Positions 42,985 through 51,029 of a stretch of DNA of 54,786 nt are shown piece after piece. This DNA is from a virus (lineage: Duplodnaviria; Caudoviricetes). The translations under genes were made by a program, and so were the position numbers. The notes beneath the pieces were generated by a model that saw only the letters and a program-made list of their open reading frames with translations, ran no database searches and was not told the DNA's origin. The stretch covers positions 1 through 54,786 of IMG/VR virus record IMGVR_UViG_3300043446_002312; one strand, written 5' to 3'. Each line of letters begins with the position of its first letter. The stretch's first letter is position 1.

Positions 42985-44028
42985 TTACCGAACCGGGTAG
43001 TGGAAAGTGCCAGAATCATGGAACAGAAACATTTTCTGTTTGTCCACGATAGCCCCCTCGGGAGCCAGTAGATCCCCTATTACCTCTTTTCGTGCCTGAT
43101 GCAAAACCTTCCACTCAATGCCTTGCCAACCGTCTTTCTCTGCTTGAGAGATTTCTTCTGACTGTCTATCCAGGTAATAACCCATGTACCGACCCTTCTT
43201 AGTCCGGAACAATTTTTTGTAGGAGCACAGGCAAGTTTCCAGAGAGAAGTTGTCTATGTGACTGGCCAGGTGTGGATGACGCATTTTGCTCTCTCGAAGC
43301 ACCTCCGCCCCAAATCCTTCCAACCAATCATACTCAGTTGCAGTAAGTTTCTGATTGACCCACTCGTCTTTGCCGGCTGCGAAGCACAAACCATTTCGGT
43401 GACTTTTGCTTCCTGAATAGTCGTTGAGGAAGAGTGTTGGACACTCCAAAGGTATGCCGCAGGTGTGCTTTAAAGTTTGTAGGTAAAAGAACGCCGTGTA
43501 CCTTCCAAACTTGTACCAGCTACCTTTGACAATGTTCCACAGTTTAGCAAAGTTTTCTTCTGGTGATCCTAAACAAATGGCGTTAAACTTGCTATACTGA
43601 CTGCGACCCCGAAGCCAATCCTGATAAGACTCATACATGGCAGGGAGGTGCCCCTTACTCCACTTCGTGTCGACTTGATATCGAAGGCGAGGGTAGTTTT
43701 CGTTATTCCACTTTGTAAACCTCTCAACAGAGGCCAATTCTTCATCGGGGAACTCTTGCTTGTAGACCCAAGCTGTGGGTAAGTTGTATGTGTGATACAG
43801 CCAAGCGAACCACAATTTTTCCTCGACGCTGTGCTCGTATCGCTGATTTAAATAGTTCATCAACCACAACGCAGGGTCGCAGTCTCCGTTCTCAACCGAC
43901 CAAGCGTACCATCGAATAAAACCTTCCCGCCTGTTCCCTAACTCACGGTAATCATGACCAACGTTCTCTTCATCTGCACGGGTAACATCAACCGCAGCGC
44001 CTCTGCTCACGTTATTCTCGAGGCCCAT
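42985..44028 (-). CDS. Alpha-glutamyl/putrescinyl thymine pyrophosphorylase-like protein (amino acid:DNA transferase family); start uncertain (44028/44040/44049)
   Basis: DYRE..NRREGFIRWY, GDCDPALW, EKLWFAWLY, YKFGRYTAFFYLQTL, SHRNGLC, LETCLCSYKK, RYMGYYLDRQ. Confidence 0.8.
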   Translation of the reverse strand: MGLENNVSRGAAVDVTRADEENVGHDYRELGNRREGFIRWYAWSVENGDCDPALWLMNYLNQRYEHSVEEKLWFAWLYHTYNLPTAWVYKQEFPDEELASVERFTKWNNENYPRLRYQVDTKWSKGHLPAMYESYQDWLRGRSQYSKFNAICLGSPEENFAKLWNIVKGSWYKFGRYTAFFYLQTLKHTCGIPLECPTLFLNDYSGSKSHRNGLCFAAGKDEWVNQKLTATEYDWLEGFGAEVLRESKMRHPHLASHIDNFSLETCLCSYKKLFRTKKGRYMGYYLDRQSEEISQAEKDGWQGIEWKVLHQARKEVIGDLLAPEGAIVDKQKMFLFHDSGTFHYPVR

Positions 44029-44361
44029 AGTTCTGCTCATAAAGTTCAATCATGTGGTACGGGTAAGGTGGCTCCTTCGCATCGTAAGATCCCGAGAAAA
44101 ATGCGAGAAGTTTTGGAGAATCTTGGATACTATCCGCACAACCATCGTTCCCAAGGCATATCGGCAGATTTGCTGGATTGGGCGGACGTCATCGTCTGCA
44201 TGGGCAATGTTCACGAAAAGTATATGACTGTGCACTACCCGCAGCACTGCCACAAAGTGACAAATTGGCTTGTAGATGACCCTCACTTTGCTGTTGGCAC
44301 AGAAAAACATTACTCCGTTGCCAAACAGATCGAAGAGCTCGTTCTCAGCCGATTTTGTTGA
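43954..44361 (+). CDS. Low-molecular-weight protein-tyrosine-phosphatase/ArsC-fold phosphatase
   Basis: VLFICTGNINRS (CX5RS P-loop), SCGT, HRSQ, WADVIVCM, DDPH general acid. Confidence 0.9.
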   Translation: MTNVLFICTGNINRSASAHVILEAHSSAHKVQSCGTGKVAPSHRKIPRKMREVLENLGYYPHNHRSQGISADLLDWADVIVCMGNVHEKYMTVHYPQHCHKVTNWLVDDPHFAVGTEKHYSVAKQIEELVLSRFC

Positions 44362-45283
44362 TCCACTCTTCAACTTGCTTCGCAGAGCATTGCTCTAGGT
44401 TCAAGTCTTTTCTCATGTTGTTTAACCGTTCTGTAACAACTTTGCGCGAGTTTTTATCAAAATTAGTATATTGATAACCAACCTCCATGCTGTGGTTGTA
44501 AGGCAAAAATGTCGGAAATTGGTAATTGTATGCATTCACTATCTCACTAGGTGGTGGATTATCCCAGACTCGAGTCATAAACTCAAACACCCAAACAAAG
44601 CAAGAAGTGATTTCAAAAGAGTCGAGGGTGTTAGTAAAGTGACGGAATTCCACCGTGTCTGTTTCTTTCAACTGCAGCAAATTGATACCTGCCCGTGTTG
44701 TCAAACCCCAGGCGGGTTCGCCATACTTGTCTTGAGGGGCGTGTGCAGCCAGGAACTCCTCTACCGATGCCGCGTTCAAAGCTCGCTCAACCCTGTCTCG
44801 AGGTACAGCATACTGGTGTGAAACTTTGCGGCGGCGGTAACGTTTCATCGCACCTTGGTACTCCTTTTTTGTTTCAAACTGGTCACGGCACGGAACGGGA
44901 ATCGGCTCAATTGCTTCATAAATTGCGTTCTGATTTTCATCAACATACCGCAGCAGAGTTTTCAACGCTTTCAGGTCTTCGGACAACCCTGGGACACGAA
45001 CATGCAAATGCAGGTTCGTACGGTAATTCAGTTGCGGCCCGATACCTGCAGCCATCAAAGCATCAAAGAAGTCGACTTGCTCTGCAATTGTTTCCGTCGG
45101 TCGTGAGTTAATTTCACCACCTTTTGTGTACAACAACCCTTTAGGGTCGTTGGCGATGCCCGTCGAACTCACGATCGAGTAATCTTTTTTGTTCCAACTT
45201 AGACCATCGGGCAGCTTTGCTTTGCGATCGATGTCACCGTACTCGTATTCCGCACCGAACGTAATTTTCTTGGGATCAATCAC
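44345..45283 (-). CDS. Amidoligase (COOH-NH2 ligase, glutamine-synthetase-like fold)
   Basis: TFGAEYE, GGEINSRP, NLHLHV, INL, TVEFRHF. Confidence 0.85.
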   Translation of the reverse strand: MIDPKKITFGAEYEYGDIDRKAKLPDGLSWNKKDYSIVSSTGIANDPKGLLYTKGGEINSRPTETIAEQVDFFDALMAAGIGPQLNYRTNLHLHVRVPGLSEDLKALKTLLRYVDENQNAIYEAIEPIPVPCRDQFETKKEYQGAMKRYRRRKVSHQYAVPRDRVERALNAASVEEFLAAHAPQDKYGEPAWGLTTRAGINLLQLKETDTVEFRHFTNTLDSFEITSCFVWVFEFMTRVWDNPPPSEIVNAYNYQFPTFLPYNHSMEVGYQYTNFDKNSRKVVTERLNNMRKDLNLEQCSAKQVEEWINKIG

Positions 45284-45942
45284 GGCACAAGCTCCTTAAC
45301 CTCAATAATTTTATGCAAAGTGTGGGGCCGATAAACGATTCCTGGCTCGCAGCGTTTTGCGCCTTGCAAGCCGGCCCTGCGAGCAATATCTGCTGTACTA
45401 CAGATAAACCACCCGTTCTCAACTTTGACCTGATAGAGAGGGCGTTTCCCGTTACGGTACCAAGCCAAACCTTCTTTCGCATGCAGTTCGGTCACGGCCA
45501 TGCTTGCTTCAGAGAATTCTTCAAGGGGTTGCTTACCTACATGCCGCGCTTGGTACAGCAATTCAGAGTCGTTACACGTGGTTAGTTCGTAACCGTATTC
45601 TTCCCAGTATACTGGGCTCCTTTGATCTACCACCCCGTTATGAGCTATTGCCAGGTCGTCAAAAACCTGGATTGGTTGGTTATATTCGAGGTCGGAAGTT
45701 GAGTAGCGAGTGTGCCCGATCAGTTGCAAAAGGTGGTCGCCTGGTTGAACCTCCGCAAAGTGCATTCGAATAAACCACTCAGCCGAGATTGGCGCCTTGC
45801 GAGTAATGACCTTGTTGTTTTGAACTAACGAATAGCCCGTTGCATGCTTACCTCGAATGCGAGACTCATAGAATAAACGCTTGAGCGTTTCGATTTGTTG
45901 TCGAGAGGGGCTCTCAAGATAAGCCCCGACGATGCCACACAT
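45280..45942 (-). CDS. Class II (Ntn) glutamine amidotransferase
   Basis: MCGIVG N-terminal Cys, RGKHATG, GHTRYST, AHNG, DSE, RNGKRPL. Confidence 0.9.
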   Translation of the reverse strand: MCGIVGAYLESPSRQQIETLKRLFYESRIRGKHATGYSLVQNNKVITRKAPISAEWFIRMHFAEVQPGDHLLQLIGHTRYSTSDLEYNQPIQVFDDLAIAHNGVVDQRSPVYWEEYGYELTTCNDSELLYQARHVGKQPLEEFSEASMAVTELHAKEGLAWYRNGKRPLYQVKVENGWFICSTADIARRAGLQGAKRCEPGIVYRPHTLHKIIEVKELVP

Positions 45943-47366
45943 TAGTTTTCGGTATACCAGTAGTTCGTTCGAGAAGCTTGCGGACAGTGCCTAGCCCGGT
46001 ACTCGTCCCACTCATCACTTACCCACATGGAAGGGAAGACACCACTAAATTTGCCACCGTCATTTTTACGGTAGCGGTCTTCATACTGCTTTTGAGAGTA
46101 AGCGATGAACTCTTTGCGGCAGCACTCAGCTTGATAATCGTCGAGCTTAGCCATGCCATCACGGGCGTAGAACACCAGTACAACACTCTCAGCGGTTCCG
46201 GTTTTATCTACAAACTCGGTCTGCCCATGCACTCGGTTGCAGTTGTCTCCTACGAAGAAATCCCCATGACGAAGGTTAAAGGCTAAACGGAACTCTCCCA
46301 TAACAAAATACTGGCCGTCATACTTCTCTCCATCGTGTTTTTCGTTGGTGATGTTCGTTAGAACAGCAACACCGCGAGGGTTGTTCTTACCGTCCAGGTG
46401 CCAAAAGGTGGAGAAATTGTGGTTGATTGTAATAGTCGAGAAAGTTTTAGTTCCCAGAAGGGTGTAACGATCATCCTTACAATCTTTCATCACATTGTGG
46501 ATGTAATTCCACTCCTCCGGCATTGTTTCTTTGTACAAGTCGGATGCTTGCTGATACAACGCTTGATGAGCAACAAAATCATCATAGCGTTTTTGGGTGG
46601 TGGCAGACAGCCTTCCAAAAGGGTTCCGAGCAGAGCGATCCATGAACCCCAGGATGTTACTGTAGACTTTGTTTGCCCTGGTTTGAATGCTTACAAAGTT
46701 TTTATAGGACTTAGCTGCATAAGCGATCTGATCCTCAGCAGTTGCCCACAACTCCAACCAATTGTCAAACCACTCTTGACGCAGCTGATCCCGTTCAGCC
46801 AAGACTGCTTCTTTTTCAGCCTGTGGGGTTTTCTTCTTGCGGGCAATAGATTCCAGTTCAAGAATCCGGTCTTTGTTGACCAGTCCGGAATCTAAAATCT
46901 TTTTAACGTACAGTGAAAACCGTGCGAAGCCGGTGTGCTTGGAGACGAGGTCCTGGGCCTCCTGCAGCGTCGTGATGTTACCCTTGGCTGCTTCCCGGAA
47001 GAAAGCCACTTGGCCATTGGTCAGGCGGGCAGAGGTGTCTGTAGTGAGCTCTTTACCCCCTACCAGGCCTCGTTGGTCAGAGTAGAGATCTTTGCTGACC
47101 CATTTCCAGAAGTTATAACTTTCAGAGTTTGCCTCAATTTTAGTGACTTCGGAGAGAGCACTCTTCAAGAATACAATTGCCCTCTTACCGTTCAAGTATA
47201 CGATTGTATTTCCGTCGATAACTCGATCGTAGTCCTCTTCGGTAGGACGATCCCCGAGACGCTCTTTCTCGAAGGGGAACATTTCGTCAAATTCTATAAC
47301 CTCGCACTCGTAACTTCCAGTACAAGTTTGAATGGTTTCTGTCTTGGTCAAAGTGGATGTGGCCAT
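45942..47366 (-). CDS. TET/JBP-like Fe(II) dioxygenase (atypical co-substrate site)
   Basis: SNILGFMDR, FSTITINHNF, HLD...VHG iron triad, LVFYAR; SD GAGAGG before ATG 47366. Confidence 0.8.
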   Translation of the reverse strand: MATSTLTKTETIQTCTGSYECEVIEFDEMFPFEKERLGDRPTEEDYDRVIDGNTIVYLNGKRAIVFLKSALSEVTKIEANSESYNFWKWVSKDLYSDQRGLVGGKELTTDTSARLTNGQVAFFREAAKGNITTLQEAQDLVSKHTGFARFSLYVKKILDSGLVNKDRILELESIARKKKTPQAEKEAVLAERDQLRQEWFDNWLELWATAEDQIAYAAKSYKNFVSIQTRANKVYSNILGFMDRSARNPFGRLSATTQKRYDDFVAHQALYQQASDLYKETMPEEWNYIHNVMKDCKDDRYTLLGTKTFSTITINHNFSTFWHLDGKNNPRGVAVLTNITNEKHDGEKYDGQYFVMGEFRLAFNLRHGDFFVGDNCNRVHGQTEFVDKTGTAESVVLVFYARDGMAKLDDYQAECCRKEFIAYSQKQYEDRYRKNDGGKFSGVFPSMWVSDEWDEYRARHCPQASRTNYWYTEN

Positions 47367-47385
47367 GGTTCCTCTCGTTTTGGTA

Positions 47386-47432
47386 AGCATAGACTAGGCG
47401 CCACCGGTGTAAACTCAGGGGTGGCCCTGAGT
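47386..47432 (-). promoter_or_regulatory. Hairpin plus sigma70-like promoter upstream of the modification operon
   Basis: ACTCAGGG-CCAC-CCCTGAGT 8-bp stem overlapping TTTACA-16-TATGCT. Confidence 0.6.
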
Positions 47433-48034
47433 CACTGGTGGTACTCGTACTTGGTATCAAACGCAGCTCGAATTATAGACTGGAGTCTGCGGGCCATGTC
47501 CAGGTCTTTGCCACAGTAGATTGTAGTCTTGAGCAAGTCGCTGTAGACTTCGGGCTCGTCTTTGGTGACGGGGACGTCGTAGAAGTTGACTCGGTAGGCC
47601 ACACCCAAGTCTGCACACTTGGCGTTGATTCGGCTTGCTTCTGCAATGAAGTTGGGGCCATGGCCCTTGATTCCGTCGTCACGATTCGTTTGATCAAGGT
47701 AAGCGTGAACCATTTCGTGCAGCAGCGTGCTGCGAACCTGAATCGGGTCGTCAGCACACCTCCGGGCGATCTTGATTTCACCCGTCCCACGGTTGTTCAG
47801 TTTATATGTTCCCCATTTCGTTTTATAGCGACCTTCCCACTTCAGCGTCGGGTATTTCCTCCACGTTTCCCCGTTCTCGTCTACACGCTCGATTACTCGA
47901 AGAACTCGAAGATTTCCGTCGAAATACTTCGCATTGAATTCGGCATACAGCTCACCGAGATCAAACATTACAGTTGGATCGGGGCAGAACCGCTTGAAGA
48001 ATTTGTTAGAAACAGTTGTTTTGAATTCGGTCAT
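47432..48034 (-). CDS. SprT-like Zn metalloprotease
   Basis: LYAEFNAKYFDG, STLLHEMVH, GHGPNF. Confidence 0.85.
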   Translation of the reverse strand: MTEFKTTVSNKFFKRFCPDPTVMFDLGELYAEFNAKYFDGNLRVLRVIERVDENGETWRKYPTLKWEGRYKTKWGTYKLNNRGTGEIKIARRCADDPIQVRSTLLHEMVHAYLDQTNRDDGIKGHGPNFIAEASRINAKCADLGVAYRVNFYDVPVTKDEPEVYSDLLKTTIYCGKDLDMARRLQSIIRAAFDTKYEYHQ

Positions 48035-48282
48035 CAGTCGCGAGCGGAAGTGGGTTGAGCGGCGTAAAAGCCTTCGAGCTCACCAAACGTGGCGACGAGG
48101 CAGTTTTCTTCCAGCGAGAAAGTTGTAACAACTTTGCGGCCTTTGCGGTAGAAGTTGTATTCGGTGTACCACTTCTTGTAGGCTTTGCCTTGGTTGTCCC
48201 AGGCTTGGTGCCAGAGGGTGTTGCGGCCCACCTGGTAGGTCCTGCCGGAGAAGGGTGAGGTGTAGCTAGTGATGTTTTCCAT
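48034..48282 (-). CDS. Hypothetical early protein (apparently leaderless)
   Basis: 82 aa; ATG 6 nt after CATAAT. Confidence 0.7.
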   Translation of the reverse strand: MENITSYTSPFSGRTYQVGRNTLWHQAWDNQGKAYKKWYTEYNFYRKGRKVVTTFSLEENCLVATFGELEGFYAAQPTSARD

Positions 48283-48288
48283 GCCTTA

Positions 48289-48355
48289 ATTATGGCTCAT
48301 TTTGCTGCGTTTGTAAAGGGGGCAAACCGCCCCTCCGAGGTACGGTTAACCGCCC
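48289..48355 (-). promoter_or_regulatory. Repeated early promoter cassette, copy B
   Basis: GGGCGGTT x2, then GCCCCC-TTTACA-17-CATAAT-6-ATG. Confidence 0.8.
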
Positions 48356-48619
48356 TCACATCCACCAGCCGATCTCGCGAACGCCATCCATCTGCTCCAG
48401 CTGGTAATCGTGGAAGGTTTCGCAAATTTCACTAATGGAAGCCCCGACCGGAAGTTCATCACGGCAGATGACATAAACTTCAGCATACAGGAGGTCAAAA
48501 GATTCTTTGTCGGCGTCGTAACCGGCGTAGCAAGCGTCATTAAGAAGCTCCGAGTGAAGCTGGATGCTGGCGGCGAGGGCTTTCTGAGAGGTGGCCAGGG
48601 GGAAGGCGGTTTTGTTCAT
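48356..48619 (-). CDS. Hypothetical early protein (apparently leaderless)
   Basis: 87 aa, bracketed exactly by cassette copies B and C. Confidence 0.7.
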   Translation of the reverse strand: MNKTAFPLATSQKALAASIQLHSELLNDACYAGYDADKESFDLLYAEVYVICRDELPVGASISEICETFHDYQLEQMDGVREIGWWM

Positions 48620-48625
48620 GCTATA

Positions 48626-48691
48626 ACTATAGCTGGTTTTGGCACGAAAGTAAAGGGGGCAAACCGCCCCCTCAGGTACGGGAAACCGCCC
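48626..48691 (-). promoter_or_regulatory. Repeated early promoter cassette, copy C
   Basis: GGGCGGTTT x2 (22 bp apart), then GCCCCC-TTTACT-17-TATAGT-6-ATG. Confidence 0.8.
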
Positions 48692-48918
48692 TAGGCCAGC
48701 TTGGATTCGGGTTCGTTGAACTGATCCAGCAACTCTGGAGCGTAATCTTCAGCCAGGTCCCACAGATCCGTCCAGTCTTGCCAAACGATATGTTCGTAGT
48801 GCATATCCCAAACAGCTTGACGAATCTGTTCTAGCGTCATCTGAGCGACCACTCCATCTACGATTGTAGAAACAATCTCGTCGCGGTCCTCTTCAATCCA
48901 CTCGGTTGGTCGATTCAT
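48691..48918 (-). CDS. Hypothetical acidic protein
   Basis: 75-aa ORF. Confidence 0.7.
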   Translation of the reverse strand: MNRPTEWIEEDRDEIVSTIVDGVVAQMTLEQIRQAVWDMHYEHIVWQDWTDLWDLAEDYAPELLDQFNEPESKLA

Positions 48919-49070
48919 ATGCCTTGCTCTCTGACTTGAGAGTAAATGGTGTTAATGAAGATTTGGCCTGCTAAGTAACCGTAATACAGACCTCTTTCCT
49001 TCAGTTTTTCGATCTCTTTCTCGGTAAACTGAGAGTCAATAAAAGCTTCTCGAGATTCTTGCGGAGTCAC
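48915..49070 (-). CDS. Small hypothetical protein (51 aa)
   Basis: Not in the track; GTG start, coupled at both ends. Confidence 0.55.
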   Translation of the reverse strand: MTPQESREAFIDSQFTEKEIEKLKERGLYYGYLAGQIFINTIYSQVREQGI

Positions 49071-49357
49071 ATCAAAGCCCCGTAATCAAATCTGGATTGC
49101 TGAATCAAGGCGACTCTGTACAGCACTAAGTACCCAATCAGGTCCGAGATCACATCTTCGTCTTCGTCGTTCTGGGCATTCCTCAGCCGAGAAAGTTTAT
49201 CGTCCAGGCGAACTTTGATCTGCTCAAGGGTGCTTGCTTTGCTAAAGACTCGGACCGGATTCAAGGCGGAGTCCCCGTATTTACGGTTCTTTTCGAGAAG
49301 TAGTTCGCGTATATCGTCGCAAACCTGGGCTATGTCTTGTTGGGACTGACTGATCAT
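49067..49357 (-). CDS. Nucleotide modification-associated domain 1 (DUF1599, MazG-like) protein
   Basis: LLEKNRKYGDSA...IKVRLDDKLSR...EDVISDLIGY. Confidence 0.8.
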   Translation of the reverse strand: MISQSQQDIAQVCDDIRELLLEKNRKYGDSALNPVRVFSKASTLEQIKVRLDDKLSRLRNAQNDEDEDVISDLIGYLVLYRVALIQQSRFDYGALM

Positions 49358-49497
49358 TGCTGAGGCAGAATTGAACGGTAGTATGCTTGGTAACGGGCGA
49401 ATCTGTGGACGGAAGGCTCAAACCCCAGCGACCAGCAACATTCACAGTAGGAGAGAAACTCGAACCACGGAGTTGTTGGATCTAAGGCAGGCTTCAC
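49354..49497 (-). CDS. Small hypothetical protein (LDPTTPWFEFLSYCECC)
   Basis: Not in the track; 47 aa, coupled at both ends. Confidence 0.6.
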   Translation of the reverse strand: MKPALDPTTPWFEFLSYCECCWSLGFEPSVHRFARYQAYYRSILPQQ

Positions 49498-49706
49498 AGT
49501 TTTCCACCAACCACGCTATCATAGCTTTTGCTACTGTCTGGAAACCCGTCCTGCTCAGCTTTCAGGTACCACCGTGTTGCTTCCACACACTGATCCTCGG
49601 AGAGGGAAGTGATTAGCGATTTTCCATTCTTATCCACAGAGACAAAAGTTCCCCAGCGTTGTTTCTTGATGTAGAAACAGTCGTCAATCAGTGTTTCCTC
49701 AATCAT
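49494..49706 (-). CDS. Hypothetical protein (LIDDCFYI...YDSVVGGKL)
   Basis: ATG at 49706; resembles small cyanophage ORFs (recognition only). Confidence 0.7.
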   Translation of the reverse strand: MIEETLIDDCFYIKKQRWGTFVSVDKNGKSLITSLSEDQCVEATRWYLKAEQDGFPDSSKSYDSVVGGKL

Positions 49707-50055
49707 GCTGTCTCCAGTCGCTTTCTTTGTCTTGTCGGAACCATTCAGCCAAATCCACAGGGTTCTGTGGGCCAATTAGGTGATTGGTAGGGTCAGGGTC
49801 GCCCAGGTCCATCCCGTCGAGAAGTTCATCCAGTGAGCCTCTTTCGGGCTCGCCGTTGATTGCCCGACGCCGCGCCCTCCTTAGAATTTCAGCAGCCGAG
49901 CGGTTCGCATTCGCCCATTTCTGGGCAAATTGCATTTCTTCGAAGGAGACGCTCAAACCACCCGAAATGCGAGCGGCAATGTCTTCAAGGCGAATCCGTG
50001 TTTGAGTTGAGAGCATTTTGCTTTTCCCGTTGGATAATTTTACCTCAGTAGTCAT
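49699..50055 (-). CDS. Hypothetical protein (MLSTQTRIRLE...DWRQHD type)
   Basis: ORF resembling small cyanophage ORFs (recognition only). Confidence 0.7.
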   Translation of the reverse strand: MTTEVKLSNGKSKMLSTQTRIRLEDIAARISGGLSVSFEEMQFAQKWANANRSAAEILRRARRRAINGEPERGSLDELLDGMDLGDPDPTNHLIGPQNPVDLAEWFRQDKESDWRQHD

Positions 50056-50666
50056 TTTGCTTGGTTTGCGGCTTCAAAAGCGTCACGGAAACCTTCCCAA
50101 CGAAGTTCGTACTCACCTGTGCCGTACTCCCCGTACTTCTCGTAGTAGGCTTTCAGTGCTGGAGACAGTGAGTACTTTACGCAGTAATCCTCGTAGAGAT
50201 CGGTTAATTTCTTCTCTACACTTTCAAAGAGTCTCACTGCGTCAAAATCTGTAACTGCAGGGGCAAGACCCTCATGGAATTCCTGAATGAGGTCCAAAGA
50301 TTCATGAAGAAACCCAACCTCATCCTCGGTCAGCCTTAAGGTAATCTCTCCTTGCTCGTAGCTGGGCGTTAACTCTTCTTCCAGTTCCGCGTCAGTCATG
50401 ACTGGGCTCAAACTCGTCAAATACTGCGCCACTTCTTTGCTTTGCTCTTTGATGTTTTTTTGCGCTCTTGCCATCGCGATTCCTTTGGCGAGGTAACCCC
50501 AGTCGCGCACTTCGGTAACGGGTTTTGTTTTACCGCAAACCTCACATCGCCCTTCATAACTGCTTGAGCAACCGACAGAATACTTGCCGTACGCCTGACC
50601 GCAATCTTTGCAGACGACGTCAGCTTGGGTCAACCTTGTGAGCAGGTCTTCACTTAGAGTTTTCAT
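50052..50666 (-). CDS. Hypothetical Zn-finger-like protein
   Basis: ATG at 50666; CKDC...CEVC. Confidence 0.7.
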   Translation of the reverse strand: MKTLSEDLLTRLTQADVVCKDCGQAYGKYSVGCSSSYEGRCEVCGKTKPVTEVRDWGYLAKGIAMARAQKNIKEQSKEVAQYLTSLSPVMTDAELEEELTPSYEQGEITLRLTEDEVGFLHESLDLIQEFHEGLAPAVTDFDAVRLFESVEKKLTDLYEDYCVKYSLSPALKAYYEKYGEYGTGEYELRWEGFRDAFEAANQAK

Positions 50667-50818
50667 CGTTCTTGTTCTTTGAGTTGGTCGTAGTAGTACG
50701 GAAAAAGTTTCGTGAGAATGCGATCGCAGGCGTTGTAAGTCTTTCCGCCAACTTTGCAATCTTCGAGTTGATATCGACGGACCATCTGGTGAAGCAGACG
50801 GTATTCTTCTCTAGTCAT
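50663..50818 (-). CDS. Small hypothetical protein
   Basis: ATG at 50818 (MTREEYRLLHQMVRRYQ). Confidence 0.6.
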   Translation of the reverse strand: MTREEYRLLHQMVRRYQLEDCKVGGKTYNACDRILTKLFPYYYDQLKEQER

Positions 50819-51023
50819 TTTCAGGCAGGATAAAGTCAATGTCAGAGGCGATTGCGTTGAGAATCGCGGTCTCTTCCCACAGCAGAGTGCCGTAGTCGCG
50901 GGAACCCTTCTCGCAGGCACGATTGCACTCGTGGGTCAGATTGTGCGCCTCGTTGCGGAGGGCTTGGATCACACGCTCCCAATCGGCGCGGCAGAGGGTG
51001 AAGGTGTAGAGGTCGTTTTCCAT
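50811..51023 (-). CDS. Hypothetical early protein (apparently leaderless)
   Basis: 70 aa; ATG 6 nt after TATAGT. Confidence 0.7.
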   Translation of the reverse strand: MENDLYTFTLCRADWERVIQALRNEAHNLTHECNRACEKGSRDYGTLLWEETAILNAIASDIDFILPEND

Positions 51024-51029
51024 GCTTTA

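Noticed and set aside
43954-44361. Possible invertible segment carrying the phosphatase
   Set aside because: No flanking inverted repeats or recombinase seen, and the amidoligase stop lies naturally inside the segment
42985-44373. Minus-strand ORF 44050-44373 is in frame with the transferase and separated by one TGA, suggesting readthrough or recoding
   Set aside because: It is the codon-register antisense shadow of the LMW phosphatase and has no motifs; TGA is used as a normal stop throughout the window
7604-48058. Long plus-strand ORFs (7604-8245, 22551-23192, 24846-25418, 41922-42539, 46935-47519, 47438-48058)
   Set aside because: Antisense shadows of well-supported minus-strand genes with no recognisable motifs
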